In this document: piece by piece, positions 49,165-61,882 of the stretch | Layout: the number at the start of each line of letters is the position of its first letter | Numbering within the stretch: position 1 is the stretch's first letter | Assembly (NCBI GenBank): GCA_002269645.1 | Contig: NIVC01002036.1 | Span: 62,001 to 126,000, forward strand | From: Macrostomum lignano | Lineage: Eukaryota | DNA length: 64,000 nt | Direction: 5' to 3' | The notes under the pieces: model-generated | Told to the model about the DNA's origin: nothing | Databases searched by the model: none | What the model saw: the letters and a program-made list of their open reading frames with translations, nothing else | Translations under genes and position numbers: made by a program

Positions 49165-49365
49165 CTCTCCTTGAATATCCAGACAAATGTTTTTGATAAT
49201 GTCTATTTTTATAAACTTATAATACTCTTGTGGCCTTAGGCTTATTTATAAGTCATATATATAAGATAGGCCCTATTCTTGTAGTTTGATAAAAAAATGC
49301 TCATGGTTAATAATTATATAATCTAGCAAATCCACATAGTCTAGGCTCTAGCTTTGTCTATCTAT

Positions 49366-49775
49366 TAGGGGTCAGATAAGATCTTGATCTCAATCTTTAT
49401 CATTGAGATCTTGGAACTTTTCTTAATCTTAATCTTGGTTTTAAGATGAAAAAGTAGAGATTTATAAGAATGACCATTTGTGATTAAGATATTATCATAT
49501 TTATATTTGATATATTTGGTACATAAAGTTATTAATAATCTGTATTAAATAATCATTTCGAGTTATTTTTCCTTCTATAATTGTCAGTGTACATATTTAA
49601 CAAATAGAAAAATTAGCATTAACAAACCATTTTTAATATATGGAAGATAGAATAGTGTAAAATTGCCACTAGGTACTAATTATTCTTAATCTCATCTTGA
49701 CTGAATCTTTATTATCTTAAAGGTATAGATCTAAGGTCTTGAAAATCTTAAAAATGTAACATTGTCTGACCCCTA
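49366..49775. mobile_element. hAT-type MITE 3 (410 bp, older)
   Basis: TIRs TAGGGGTCAGA / TCTGACCCCTA; TSD CTATCTAT vs CTATCTAG (7/8). Confidence 0.8.
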
Positions 49776-50394
49776 CTATCTAGTTCTATCATATTTATAA
49801 TATTAGTACTAATCCATTTCTTAAGAAAAAATATAAGTAATAATAAATATTTGAGTTGCTACTTACTAGTTGGCCAAGTATTACCACTATTATGTATCTT
49901 TATATTTATCTACTATTATTCCTAAGACCTATATTTCATGCTATATATCTTATTAGTATTTTTAATATATAAAAACTTAAACTTATCTATTCAGTATTGA
50001 CTCCTAGGCCTCCTTAATACTAGAAAAACTGGTATTACATTAATATATTTGAGGGTTATGTCATAAGTTTGAAGATAAACTTTAAAGAATTATTATAATA
50101 GAAGTTCAAACAAAAATAAATGTATACAATTCTAGTCAGTGATGTACACTATATATGTATGGGTTTTCAGCTTTCATGCAATGGTTCATTATTTATATAT
50201 TATGTAGATGTCCCTTAATATCACGATGGAAAAGATAAAGTTGTCAGGGGCATTGCAATTTGTATACTCAAAAGTGGCAAGCAGAAATTCTTTGAGTTGC
50301 AAGCAGTCTTTGGGAACAATCAATCTGCTTGTTGGGTACTAAAAAGAGTTGGAACATAACAATAATAATTGATTGCATGTACCCTAATCGGCAA

Positions 50395-50577
50395 ATGTGC
50401 AATTGAAAGCTCAGCTGCAGCTATTGCACAACCATCTGAAGGCTGCATATCGCTGTTCAGTCCAAGGACTGGGGGGGGGTCGCCACACAAGTGGGATCTT
50501 GTTCCAGTGGGATCTGGAATCGAACCCCCAACCTTCAAGTTGTAAGTCCGACGCTCTAACCAGTAGGCTACAAACCC
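50395..50577 (-). mobile_element. tRNA-derived SINE, copy 3 (internally deleted)
   Basis: Head GTAGCCTACTGGTTAGAGCGTCGGAC...GGTTCGATTCC and tail CAGTCCTTGGACTGAACAGCG match copies 1 and 2; the central core is missing. Confidence 0.75.
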
Positions 50578-50647
50578 CTATTATAAAATTTCTATATAAG
50601 CAGTTTTGCATACAGAGAAATATCTGCATACATTGCACTGCTGCACA

Positions 50648-53600
50648 ATGTCCCGCTCCACACCTTACCGGCGCACTATTTCGGACACAGTAAACTGGCG
50701 CCAAGAGCAGGCCCTGGGCGCCACCATTTTCATCCTGCGAGAGATCGGCCCGACCGGCTTCCTGCTGCAGGAGGACGGCTCGCCCAAGCACATCAAAGTG
50801 CTGATCGGCGATCCGCACCACTGCAGCTGTTCGGAGTTTCGTCGGGACCGCGACCTCTGCCGGCACATCTGCTGGCTGCTGCTGCGGAGGTTTCGCATCG
50901 ACCGGGACGACCCGCTGAGTTGGCAGGCTGGCCTGGTGGAGCGCGAGATCAACGGCCTGCTGACTGGCGCCAGGAGGAGACGGTCTGCTGCTGCCGCTGC
51001 TGCTTCCACTGCTGCTGCTTCTGGAAGCAGCAATGGCGGAGCCGCCGATGCCGAGGATGGCAGCAAGAGACCCAACCCGGCTGCTTCTGCTGGTGAGGGA
51101 GGCCTTGACTGTATGAATTTTTAAGGTCTGCAATCACACACTAATCAGTCTGCAATCACACACTAATTAGTCTGCAATCACACACTAATCAGTCTGCAGT
51201 CACACACTAATCAGTCTGCAATCACACACTAATCAGTCTGCAATCACACACTAATCAGTCTGCAGTCACACACTAATCAGTCTGCAATCACACTAATCAG
51301 TCTGCAGTCACACACTAATCAGTCTGCAATCACACACTAATCAGTCTGCAATCACACTAATCAGTCTGCAATCACACACTAATCAGTCTGCAATCACACT
51401 AATCAGTCTGCAATCACAGACACTAATCAATCTGCAGTCACACACTAATCAGTCTGCAATCACACACACTAATCAGTCTGCATCACACAAATCAGTCTGA
51501 ATCACACAAACTCCCATGGCTGTCATCACTGGCAGAAGCTGCCCAGAGACCCATCAGCGAGGAGGACGTCTGCCCCATCTGCCAGGAGGAGCTGCTGGCC
51601 AGCCGCCTGCCCGTCACCTACTGCCGGCTCACCTGCGGCAACTCAATCCACATGCGCTGCATGCACGTCTGGACTACGCATCAGAAGAAACAGCAGCAGG
51701 GCGCAGCCGCCGCCAACGTCAACATCGCCTGCCCGATGTGCCGTGGCGACTTCGCGCCCTACGCGCTGCTGATGCAGGAGCTGGGTAACGCGTCCGCAGC
51801 CAAGCAGGCGGTGGTGACCGCTCACAAAATCGCCTGCTCCGGCTGCGGCGAGGCTGCCGTGCTGGGTGAGTCGCTGTGCTTTGAGTGCGGGAGCGGGACA
51901 GTCTGATGCTGCTTTGGCTGCTAGTGGCCTCACGTTCTTATGTCTGCTCTGTTTATATTATCTTCCAATAGGTCCCCTTTTATTCTTGCTCCCTTCTATT
52001 ATTCCTCTCCACCTCTTCCCACTGTGCCTCTCTCACTCCCTCTCCCTCTCGTCTCCCTCCCCCTCGCCCCCTCTACTTTCCTCTCTCGTCTCCCTACCCC
52101 TCCCTACTCCCTCCCCCTCCATACCTCCCTCTCCCTCTTGCTCTCCGTCTTCCTCTCTCCCTACCTCCTCCCTCTCCTCTCCCCTCTTCTGTTTCCACCT
52201 CCCTATCTCCCCCTCAGCCTCTCCCTCTCCCCCTCAGCCTCTCCCTCTCCCCCTCAGCCTCTCCCTCTCCCCCTCAGCCTCTCCCTCTCCCCCTCAGCCT
52301 CTCCCTCTCCCCCTCCTTACTCTCCCCCTCCCCTCTTCTCTCTTCCCATCTCCTTCTTTTTCTACCTCCATTTTCTTCTCTGCCTCTCTTTTTCTTTCGC
52401 TCCCATTCTTCCCATGACTCTTCCTTCTCCCTTTAAAGAAATTGTTCTCCCTCCTCTTCCTGCCGCCTGAAGTTTTGCCCTATTATCCATAGTTTAGTCT
52501 TGTTCACTTATTTAGTCTCATATTTACTCTATTCCTGCTCCCTCATTGCCGCTCTGTATGTTGTCCAACTTTCCCTCATTGCCGCTCTGTATGTTGTCCA
52601 ACTTTCCCTCATTGCCCTCTGTATGCTGTCCAACTTTCCCGCAGGCAAGCTGTACCGCTGCTCGGTGTGCCGCGACTTTCATATGTGCCAGCGGTGCTTC
52701 AACTCGCCGCATGTGCATCCGCAGCAGCACAATAGCCAGCGACCGGCTGGCGGCGCCTCTGTCTCGATGTTTCAATTCCGCGAGCGTCCCGGACAGCAGT
52801 GGCGTCCGGTTGACCGGCTGGCCGGCATCGGCGTGCCGCTGTCTGTGGCCGGCCTGCTTCAGGTTGGCCGGAACTGCTCTGTTAGAAGTTCACATCCATG
52901 ATCCCATAGATCCCAAATAGATCCATAATCCCATTGATCCCAAATAGATCCATGATCCCATTGATCCCAAATAGATCCATAATTCCATAGATCCCAAATA
53001 GATCCGGAATCCCATTGATCCCAAATACATCCATGATCCCATTGATCCCAAATAGATCCATGATCCCATTGATCCCAAATAGATCCATGATCCCATTGAT
53101 CCCAAATAGATCCATAATTCCATAGATCCCAAATAGATCCGGAATCCCATTGATCCCAAATACATCCATGATCCCATTGATCCCAAATAGATCCATGATC
53201 CCATTGATCCCAAATAGATCCATGATCCCATTGATCCCAAATAGATCCATAATTCCATTAATTCCAAAAAGATCCATAATTCCATAGATCCCAAATAGAT
53301 CCGGAATCCCATTGATCCCAAATACATCCATAATCCCATTGATCCCAAATACATCCATAATCCCATTGATCCCAAATACATCCATAATCCCATTGATCCC
53401 AAATAGGTCCATGATCCCATTTATCCCAAATAGATCCATGATCCCATTGATCTCAAATGCATCCATAGTCCCATTGATCCCAAAAAGATCCATAATTCCA
53501 TAGATCCCAAATACATCCATGATCCCATTGATCCCAAATAGATCCATAATTCCATAGATCCCAAATAGATCCATGATCCCATTGATCCCAAATAGATTCA

Positions 53601-54881
53601 TGATCCCATTGATCCCAAATACATCCATGATCCCATTGATCCCAAATAGATCCGGAATCCCATTGATCCCAAATAGATCTGGAATCCCATTGATCCAAAT
53701 AGATCTGGAATCCCATTGATCCCAAATAGATCCGGAATCCCATTGATCCAAATAGATCTGGAATCCCATTGATCCCAAATAGATCCGGAATCCCATTGAT
53801 CCCAAATAGATTCATGATCCCATTGATCCCAAAAAGATCCATAATTCCATTGATCCCAAATACATCCATGATCCCATTGATCCCAAATACATCCATGATC
53901 CCATTGATCCCAAATAGATCCGGAATCCCATTGATCCCAAATAGATCCATGATCCCATTGATCCCAAATAGATCTGGAATCCCATTGATCCCAAATAGAT
54001 TCATGATTTCATTGATCCAAAAAGATCCATAATTCCATAGATCCCAAATACATCCATGATCCCATTGATCCCAAATAGATCCGGAATCCCATTGATCCCA
54101 AATAGATCCAGGGTCATGAAAATTCTAGACCGCAAGTTCCGTTACGCTAGCGGTATTTTCTGATACGTCTCGTGTAAAAAAGTACAGGCAGCACTTTTGC
54201 GATTCCTCTGCTCCCATGCCGCAGTCCCGTCCGGGCGACTTCGGCGAAGCTGACTACGAAGCGCTGATGGCACTGGACGCCCCGGTTGCTGGCAGCCACC
54301 TGACCGAGTCGGCGCTCGGCCGCCTCCGCCACTGGACGGTGCAGCGGGGCCACACGCTGACCCGGCCGGGCCGCCAGTGCCCGCTCTGCCTCATGGCCTT
54401 CCTGCCCGGCCAGCAGGTCCGCCAGCTGGCCCCCTGCCGTCACGTGATGCACAGCGGCTGCATCGACCCCCTCCTGCTGCACCGGTCCTGCCTCTGCCCG
54501 TTGGACAGCATCGAGGTGAAGCCGCCTGAGCCCCAGCAGCAGCGGCAGCAGCGGCAGCAATCTCAACAGAATAATTTCTCAGCATCGTCGGGTTCGACGC
54601 AATTTCAAGTCCAAGGCCTCCAGCTGAGCGGCAATCGTCTGCTGTCGTCAGCGTCCTCGACAAGTTCGACTATCGCTCACCTGCCGCCTCTGCCGGCCGC
54701 GGCTGCCAGTCAGCACAGCAGGCGGAGCCGACCGGCGGCGGCACCAGTCGCTTTCGGTCGCGGCGGCGGCGGCGGCGAAGTCGGAGGTCGAAGAAGTCGC
54801 AGCTCGGATGGGCGCCGGCAGAGCGGCGGCAGTGGTGGTGCATCCGGGTTGAACCTAGAGCTGACAGCGCTGCATCTCTGA
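50648..54881 (+). CDS. ZSWIM2: E3 ubiquitin ligase ZSWIM2 (SWIM, RING, ZZ, RING); exons 50648-51092, 51536-51865, 52645-52862, 54225-54881
   Basis: WRQEQALGATIFILREIGPTGFLL...GDPHHCSC...LCRHICWLLL; CPICQEELL...CGNSIHMRCM; YRCSVCRDFHMCQRCF; DYEALMALD...CPLC...CRHVMHSGCIDPLL...CPLD; phases consistent. Confidence 0.93.
51125..51510. repeat. ~22-bp minisatellite (ZSWIM2 intron 1)
   Basis: CTGCAATCACACACTAATCAGT in tandem. Confidence 0.95.
51990..52470. repeat. CT-rich low-complexity tract
   Basis: Polypyrimidine tract with CCTCTCCCTCTCCCCCTCAG repeats. Confidence 0.9.
52890..54110. repeat. 27-bp minisatellite (ZSWIM2 intron 3)
   Basis: GATCCCATTGATCCCAAATAGATCCAT variants. Confidence 0.95.
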
Positions 54882-55690
54882 TGAATAGTAACCATATTTC
54901 ATCTTTTAGAGAAATTTCCTAAATTGCGACGCGAGAATTCGCTACTTGCCTACTGGTTATGTCAACTTATTAGTAGACTATATCGCGCATGTTTTATATG
55001 TGATTTGAGATTTCAATTTTTTAGTAACGGCCTTAGCGCAGCGCTAGTCTTTTTAAAGTTTTTTTTTCAGATTTGAGTGATAACTTTTTTGCCAAAAGCA
55101 GCAAAACTTTACTGTTTGAATTTTTTAAATAAATACTCAAAGTTTTCTTTTTGATTTCCTAGCCTTAGTGTGACTTCAATTTTTATAGCGCACCTGTGAT
55201 ACGCCTTAGACTGTAGCTTTTTCGCGGTATCGTATCTTTTTGCTTGTTCAGATTGAGATATTTCTATTGCTAACTGTTATTTTAATAAACAGAGTGTCTA
55301 TTACGAGCATATACTAACTATTGCAGCTTACCACTAGTCCATGTCCACTTGTGATTATTAAATGACGAAAGCCTAAGGTCGGTCTTGCTATCAGTGCCAC
55401 AACGCATTCTCTCTCCCTTCCCATCTCTCCCTTCTCTTCACTCCCTTCCCATCACTCCCTTCTCTTCACTCCCTTCTCACCATTCTCCCCTGTACTCTTT
55501 TTACTTCGTACCTTCCATCCTCTCCACTCACTTTCCATATCTCTCGCATGCCTCACTTGCGCAATGATCCCCCAATCCTCCATGCCCTGAAGTTCCAGCA
55601 GCGCAAAAGTCGCTCTGTCACAGCTGGCAAAACTCTCAGTTCCAGCAGCGGCCACGCAGCACCTGAGCAGCCCCGCCGCGCCACCCCGCC

Positions 55691-58600
55691 ATGGACGAAG
55701 ACCGCCGGGCCAGGAAGCGCAAGAAGGACCGGAAAAAAGACCGGAAGGAGAAACGGCACAGGCGGCATCACCGAAGCCGGAGTCGCAGCTCCAGCAGCGA
55801 CAGCGGCAGCGGCGGCGGCTTCTACGGCGATCGGCGTCGCATTCGAGATCGCGAACGAACTCGCGACAGGCCGTCGGCGTCTTCGTCGCAGCTTCAACAG
55901 TCCCCTAAGCCAGCCGCGGGCGTCAGCGTCGGCCTATGGTCGGAGATCTCCCGCACAACCGGCTGCTCCCCGGTGGTGCCGCCGACCAAGCCGTCGGCCG
56001 CCGCGGAGCCCGTCGAACCTGATCGTAAAGAGTTGGCGCCGTCGAGACTGGTGCAGCACAAGTCGTCCTCGAAGCCGAAGTCTTCAGGCGACAGCGGCGA
56101 CTCTAAGAAGATGCGACCGGCTGCGCCGAGGACGCCGCCAGGTCCGCCGACGCCCGAGGAGGCGACAGAGTCGAGGCCTGCGGCGGTGACGACGGCGGCT
56201 CAGTCGGAATCAAAGCCGGTGAACAGCCGGCTGCCGCCACCGCCCGCCGAGTCCCGGCCGGCGCTGTGCCAGCGGAGAGGCCAGGATGCCCGGGATTTGG
56301 TGAGTGAGGCGGCGGATGTGTGATATGGGATTGAGTGAATGTGTGATATGGGATTGAGTGAATGTGTGATATGGGATTGAGTGAATGTGTGATATGGGAT
56401 TGAGTGAATGTGTGATATGAGTGTGAGTGAATGTGTGGTTGGGGTGTGAGTGAATGTGTGATATGGGATTGAGTGAATGTGTGATATGAGTGTGAGTGAA
56501 TGTGTGATATGAGTGTGAGTGAATGTGTGGTTGGGGTGTGAGTGAATGTGTGATATGGGTGTGAGTGAATGTGTGATATGGGTGTGAGTGAATGTATGAT
56601 ATGGGTGTGAGTGAATGTGTGATAAGGGTGTGAGTGAATGTGTGATATGGGTGTGAGTGAATGTGTGATATGGGTGTGAGTGAATGTATGATATGGGTGT
56701 GAGTGAATGTATGATATGGGTGTGAGTGAATGTGTGATATGGGTGTGAGTGAATGTGTGATATGGGTGTGAGTGAATGTATGATATGGGTGTGAGTGAAT
56801 GTGTGATATGGGTGTGAGTGAATGTGTGATATGGGTGTGAGTGAATGTATGATATGGGTGTGAGTGAATGTGTAATATGGGTGTGAGTGAATGTGTGATA
56901 TGGGTGTGAGTGATGTGTAATATGGGTGTGAGTGATGTGTAATATGGGTGTGAGTGAATGTGTGGTTGGGGTGTGAGTGAATGTGTGATATGGGATTGAG
57001 TGAATGTGTGATATGAGTGTGAGTGAATGTGTGATATGAGTGTGAGTGAATGTGTGGTTGGGGTGTGAGTGAATGTGTGATATGGGTGTGAGTGAATGTG
57101 TGATATGGGTGTGAGTGAATGTATGATATGGGTGTGAGTGAATGTGTGATAAGGGTGTGAGTGAATGTGTGATATGGGTGTGAGTGAATGTGTGATATGG
57201 GTGTGAGTGAATGTATGATATGGGTGTGAGTGAATGTATGATATGGGTGTGAGTGAATGTGTGATATGGGTGTGAGTGAATGTGTGATATGGGTGTGAGT
57301 GAATGTATGATATGGGTGTGAGTGAATGTGTGATATGGGTGTGAGTGAATGTGTGATATGGGTGTGAGTGAATGTATGATATGGGTGTGAGTGAATGTGT
57401 AATATGGGTGTGAGTGAATGTGTGATATGGGTGTGAGTGATGTGTAATATGGGTGTGAGTGATGTGTAATATGGGTGTGAGTGAATGTGTAATATGGGTG
57501 TGAGTGAATGTGTGATATGGGTGTGAGTGAATGTTTGATATGGGAGTGAGTGAATTTGTGGTATCAGAGTCACTAAATGTGATTGATTTCCCCTCATCGA
57601 GCCGCATGCCCCGCCGTCACCACAGGTGTACCTGGAGCGCACTCTGTACGATTTCGAGATCCTGGCCCAGGTGGGCGAAGGCGCCTACGGCCAGGTGTAC
57701 AAGGCCCGCGACCGGCAGTCCGGCGAGCTGCGCGCGCTGAAGCGAGTCCGGCTGGAGAAGGAGAAGGAGGGCTTCCCCATCACTGCGGTGCGGGAGATCA
57801 AGATCCTCAAGCAGCTGCACCACCCCAACATCGTCAGCCTGAGCGAGATTGTCATCGACGAGGAGTCGGCCTTCTACCTGGTGTTCGACTACATGGATCA
57901 CGACCTGTTCGGCTTGCTGGAGTCCTCCGGCACGGAGTTCCACGAGCGGCACATCGCCAGCATGATGAAGCAGCTGCTTGACGGGCTGCACTATTGCCAC
58001 GGCAAGCGGTTCCTGCACCGCGACATCAAGTGCTCCAATATTCTGCTGAATAACTGCGGACAGATCAAGCTGGCCGACTTCGGTCTGGCCCGGCTGTACG
58101 CCTCCGAGGAGCGGCCGTACACCAATCCGGTCATCACGCTGTGGTACCGGCCGCCGGAGCTGCTGCTTGGCGAGCTGCAGTACTCATCCGCTGTGGACAT
58201 CTGGTCCTGCGGCTGCATTCTCGGCGAGCTGTTCACCAGGAGGCCCATGTTTCACGCCAGCAGGGAGTCCGAGCAGCTTGAGGCGATTAGCCAGGTGCGA
58301 TGATCATGACTCATTAGGGAATTGCTCACGATGGCCAATGACTCCTTGGAGAATTGTTCACGATAACTAATGACTCATTGGGGAATTGCTCACGATGGCC
58401 AATGACTCATTGGAGAATTGTTCACGATAACTAATGACTCATTGGGGAATTGCTCACGATGGCCAATGACTCACTGGGGAATTGCTCACGATAGACAATG
58501 ACTCACTGGGGAATTGCTCACGATGGCCAATGACTCACTGGGGAATTGCTCACGATAGACAATGACTCACTGGGGAATTGCTCACGTTGTTTGATTCTTT

Positions 58601-59194
58601 GTATTGATTGGCTTATTGAGTCGACACGGGGAATCGCTCAGGATGACTGGTGGCTCCTGGTGAATTTATTTGTCCAGGATATTGGTCGATGGCTCAGAGG
58701 GTAGGTAATTCCCCGAGAATGCTGTCCAGCATTGCACCTTAATTGGCATCGCTCGTACCCGTGTGCAGGTGTGCGGCACCCCCACCCCAGCCGTGTGGCC
58801 GTCCGTCATCCGCCTGCGCGATTTCGGCACCTTCAAGCCTCGCCGGCTGCACCGCCGCAGGCTGCGCGAGGACTTCGCCCAGCTGCCAGCCAACGCGCTG
58901 GACCTGCTGGACTCCATGCTGCAGCTGGACCCCGAGAAGCGCTGCACAGCCAGACAGGCCCTGGACGGCTCCTGGCTGCGCAGTGTGAACCCCGCGGCCA
59001 TCGAGCCGCCAAACCTTCCCACGGATCAGGACTGCCACGAGCTGTGGAGCAAGCGAAAGCGGAAGCAGCAACAGCAGCAGCAGAAGCAGCAGCCCTCGTC
59101 CGGGATGCGCCGGTCATCCAATCTGGCCGAGTTGAAGCGGACAGCGGCCTCTTCTGTAGGGATCAGCCTTGCCGCCGCTAGGGAGAAAACGTGA
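55691..59194 (+). CDS. CDK12: CDK12/CDK13-family kinase; exons 55691-56299, 57626-58294, 58769-59194
   Basis: RS/K-rich N-terminus; [46 protein letters not shown]...[15 protein letters not shown]-terminal [13 protein letters not shown] extension typical of CDK12/13. CDK12 versus CDK13 cannot be separated. Confidence 0.88.
56318..57560. repeat. 23-bp minisatellite (CDK intron 1)
   Basis: TGTGTGATATGGGTGTGAGTGAA in tandem. Confidence 0.97.
58305..58590. repeat. 32-bp minisatellite (CDK intron 2)
   Basis: GACTCACTGGGGAATTGCTCACGATGGCCAAT variants. Confidence 0.9.
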
Positions 59195-60651
59195 ATTGTC
59201 TGCAATGCTGTGTATATGTATTTTTAACTGTATTCCTCCTGCTCGCTACTGACTACTGTCCATGTTGTCTGTCAGTAGGCTGTAAATCATCGGTTTTTTT
59301 CAATGTCATTCTCTTATTTAGAATGGTATTTTTAATCCAATCATAAGTTTACTCTGTTGCCACTCTGTTGTTCTGCAGTGCTAAAAATGCGAATTCGAGC
59401 TGATGAGTCACTCCCAGCCTAAATTAAATAATCCGACTGTATTTGTTGTTCTTGATTTTTAAGTGCTTGTGCTTTTTATTGTTTTCTGCTTGTAAATTTC
59501 GATCGCGCAACACCTGCAGTTAGTATAGAAGACTAGCCCGCGAGCCCCCCTGCGGGTGGAATCGCAGATCACTATAGACCGAATAACTAGATGGACACTC
59601 GCGAAAAATGCTTATGAGTCTACTGCGCTTTGCAGTAGTAAAATTAGAGTTTTTTTTCCTAATTTAAATCAGAATTTATCAGAACGATCGGCACCAGATT
59701 TCAAAGAAAACGGTCAGTTGCACTCGTGAGACTCCAGGCGAGCGGCCAATCCAGTCATTCTACCAGTAGGGCGTCAGTCCAATTGTTTAGTCAAGCATTA
59801 GTTTTACGGAGCAATTCATTAACGCTGGGATACGAGTACACGCGATAATGCTAAGCGACTGTGTGACTTTCCGTAGAAAATTATGTAATTTGTGTTTAAC
59901 ATATTTTGAGCATCGCAAATATGAAATATATAATTCTGTTTTGCTTGCGAGTCAATGCACAGAGGACTGATTATGCTAAAAAATCGAGAAAATGCTAATT
60001 TCTCAACTATTGATAGCTGCAATAATAGAAGTGTATTTTTGTTCAAATTTTATTTATTTATTAGTGCCATCAGCTGAAAACTCGCGGGAAGACTGCAGTT
60101 TCATTTAACAAGCAAATTGCAACAAATTTGATAAAAAAATGAGCAAAGCACCTTTGAGAAGACACGGTTGTAACCAGTGCAACAAAGACTACTTTAGTAA
60201 CAAGGAATGCTTAAGCTGTGCGCATTTTTGCCCTCACTAGTCGTTTCTTTAAAAGGGCCTGTCAACTTGTGCTGCATCATTCTGCTCACAGTGACACCAG
60301 GAAGCTGGATTTGGTTTATTTTTTACAAAAATTGGACCTAGGATAGGAGAGAAGTTTACATAATAGTCCCTAATTGTCTCCTTGCTTGTTCTGCCTCTTC
60401 CAGGTCTAATTTTTGTAACTTTTTTTTGCCAAACCCTGCTTCCTGATGTCACTGTGAACATGGTGTGTTATTTGTGTACATAGGGTACTCGGGCTCCACT
60501 TTATGAGCTCAAGTTGACAGGCCCCGTCCTGCCGCATAAAGGGGCGTCGTTTTGAAAACGACCGTCTGGTTCGGTTTGCCTGAGCCCCATTTTGACGCAG
60601 CGGCATTTCGCTACCTGGGGAACCCCTCCCGGCTACGCCCCTGGTCGAGAA

Positions 60652-61882
60652 TTAGTTCTCCCCATCGGCGGCGCCGCCGGGCACCGGTCTCCGACGCACC
60701 GCGGCGGCGGCGGCGGCATCGCCCTGACTGCTGGAGGCTTCGGCTTCCCGCAGCTTCTGCCGCTGGGCTGTGGCAGCGGCCTCGAGGACTTTCTGCTGCT
60801 GCAGCAGCTGCTGCTCGTCATCCTCGGCCGGCGGGTCCTCGGGGCAGCAGCGGTCGCACAGGCAGACCAGGCAGAGCACCAGGCCGACCCCGACGGCCAC
60901 GGCGGCGCACAGGATGACCAGGTAGGCTACGTGGGTCGACATGCCGATCTGCGGCCCGGTGAGGCGGGTGTGCAGGTCCCGCACGGACAGGGCGCCCCGG
61001 ATCAGCCAGGCCATGCAGCGGACGTGCGGCGCGGTTGGCGACCGGTACCATGGCAACGGGGCGACGCCGGAGTGGCCGCCGCCGGGTCGGGCGAAGCGCA
61101 GCCACACCGCGGCCAGCTGGTCGTCGCTGGCGCCGGCCGGGATGGAGGACGGGTCGAACTGGCGGAACGAGCCGTCCGGCGTGTACAGGTAGATGGTGGG
61201 CAGCTGGGTGATGAGGAACATGCCGGCCAGCACCTGGGGACAGTGGGGGCTGATTGAGTATTTGGACTTGAGGCTTTGCTATCTATTATCCCAATTTTAA
61301 GGAATCCCCCGATTTTCTCTCAATCTTGTTCATTCTTCTGAATCCCAATTTTCAAATCTGACCTCTTAAATTTCCTTTATTAATAAATAATGAATTCCAA
61401 TCTCGGCGCATTTCGAATCCGTAACTCTCAATCGTTATCATAAATTCCAAATCAAATTCACAAATCTCCCTTTTAAATCCCAAATCCCCCTTTTATGCCC
61501 CAAACCCCCTTTTAGATCCTAAATCCCTATTTTAAATCCAAAATACTCATTTTATATCCCAAATGCTCTATCCTAAATCCCAAGCGAACGCGAAAACCCA
61601 GTACCCAGTACCGCAACCCACCTCCTCCTTAGCAATGTCCACGTGCCCGACGCTCAGGCCGTCGACCTCGCCAGCACGCCTGGCCAGCAGTTGCCACGCG
61701 GGGCGCAGCCGCCGGCAAGCCGGGCACCATGGGGCGAAGAATTCGATCAGCCAGGTGCGATTCTCGGCCAGCCGATTCAGCCAGTTGGAGTCGCCAAGCT
61801 CCTCCGACTCGGCCTGACAACCGGGTAGCAACGGATCACAGAAGGCCAGCGCCAACAGCAGCGCCAGGGTCAGAGGGCGCAT
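60652..61882 (-). CDS. TMX1: Thioredoxin-related transmembrane protein, TMX1-like (exons 61622-61882, 60652-61233)
   Basis: Signal peptide MRPLTLALLLALAF, WLIEFFAPWCPACRRL (CPAC active site), FLITQLPTIY, single TM AYLVILCAAVAVGVGLVLCLVCLC, acidic/charged tail. Confidence 0.85.

Noticed and set aside
52882-54032. GINGIMDLF repeat ORFs resembling repeat surface proteins
   Set aside because: 27-bp minisatellite inside ZSWIM2 intron 3.
56200-57642. His/Thr-rich 465-480 aa ORFs
   Set aside because: Antisense translation of a 23-bp intronic minisatellite of the CDK gene.
60480-60650. GC-rich 3' flank of the TMX1-like gene as a SECIS or structured RNA
   Set aside because: The active site is CPAC with no in-frame TGA, and no SECIS core was recognisable.
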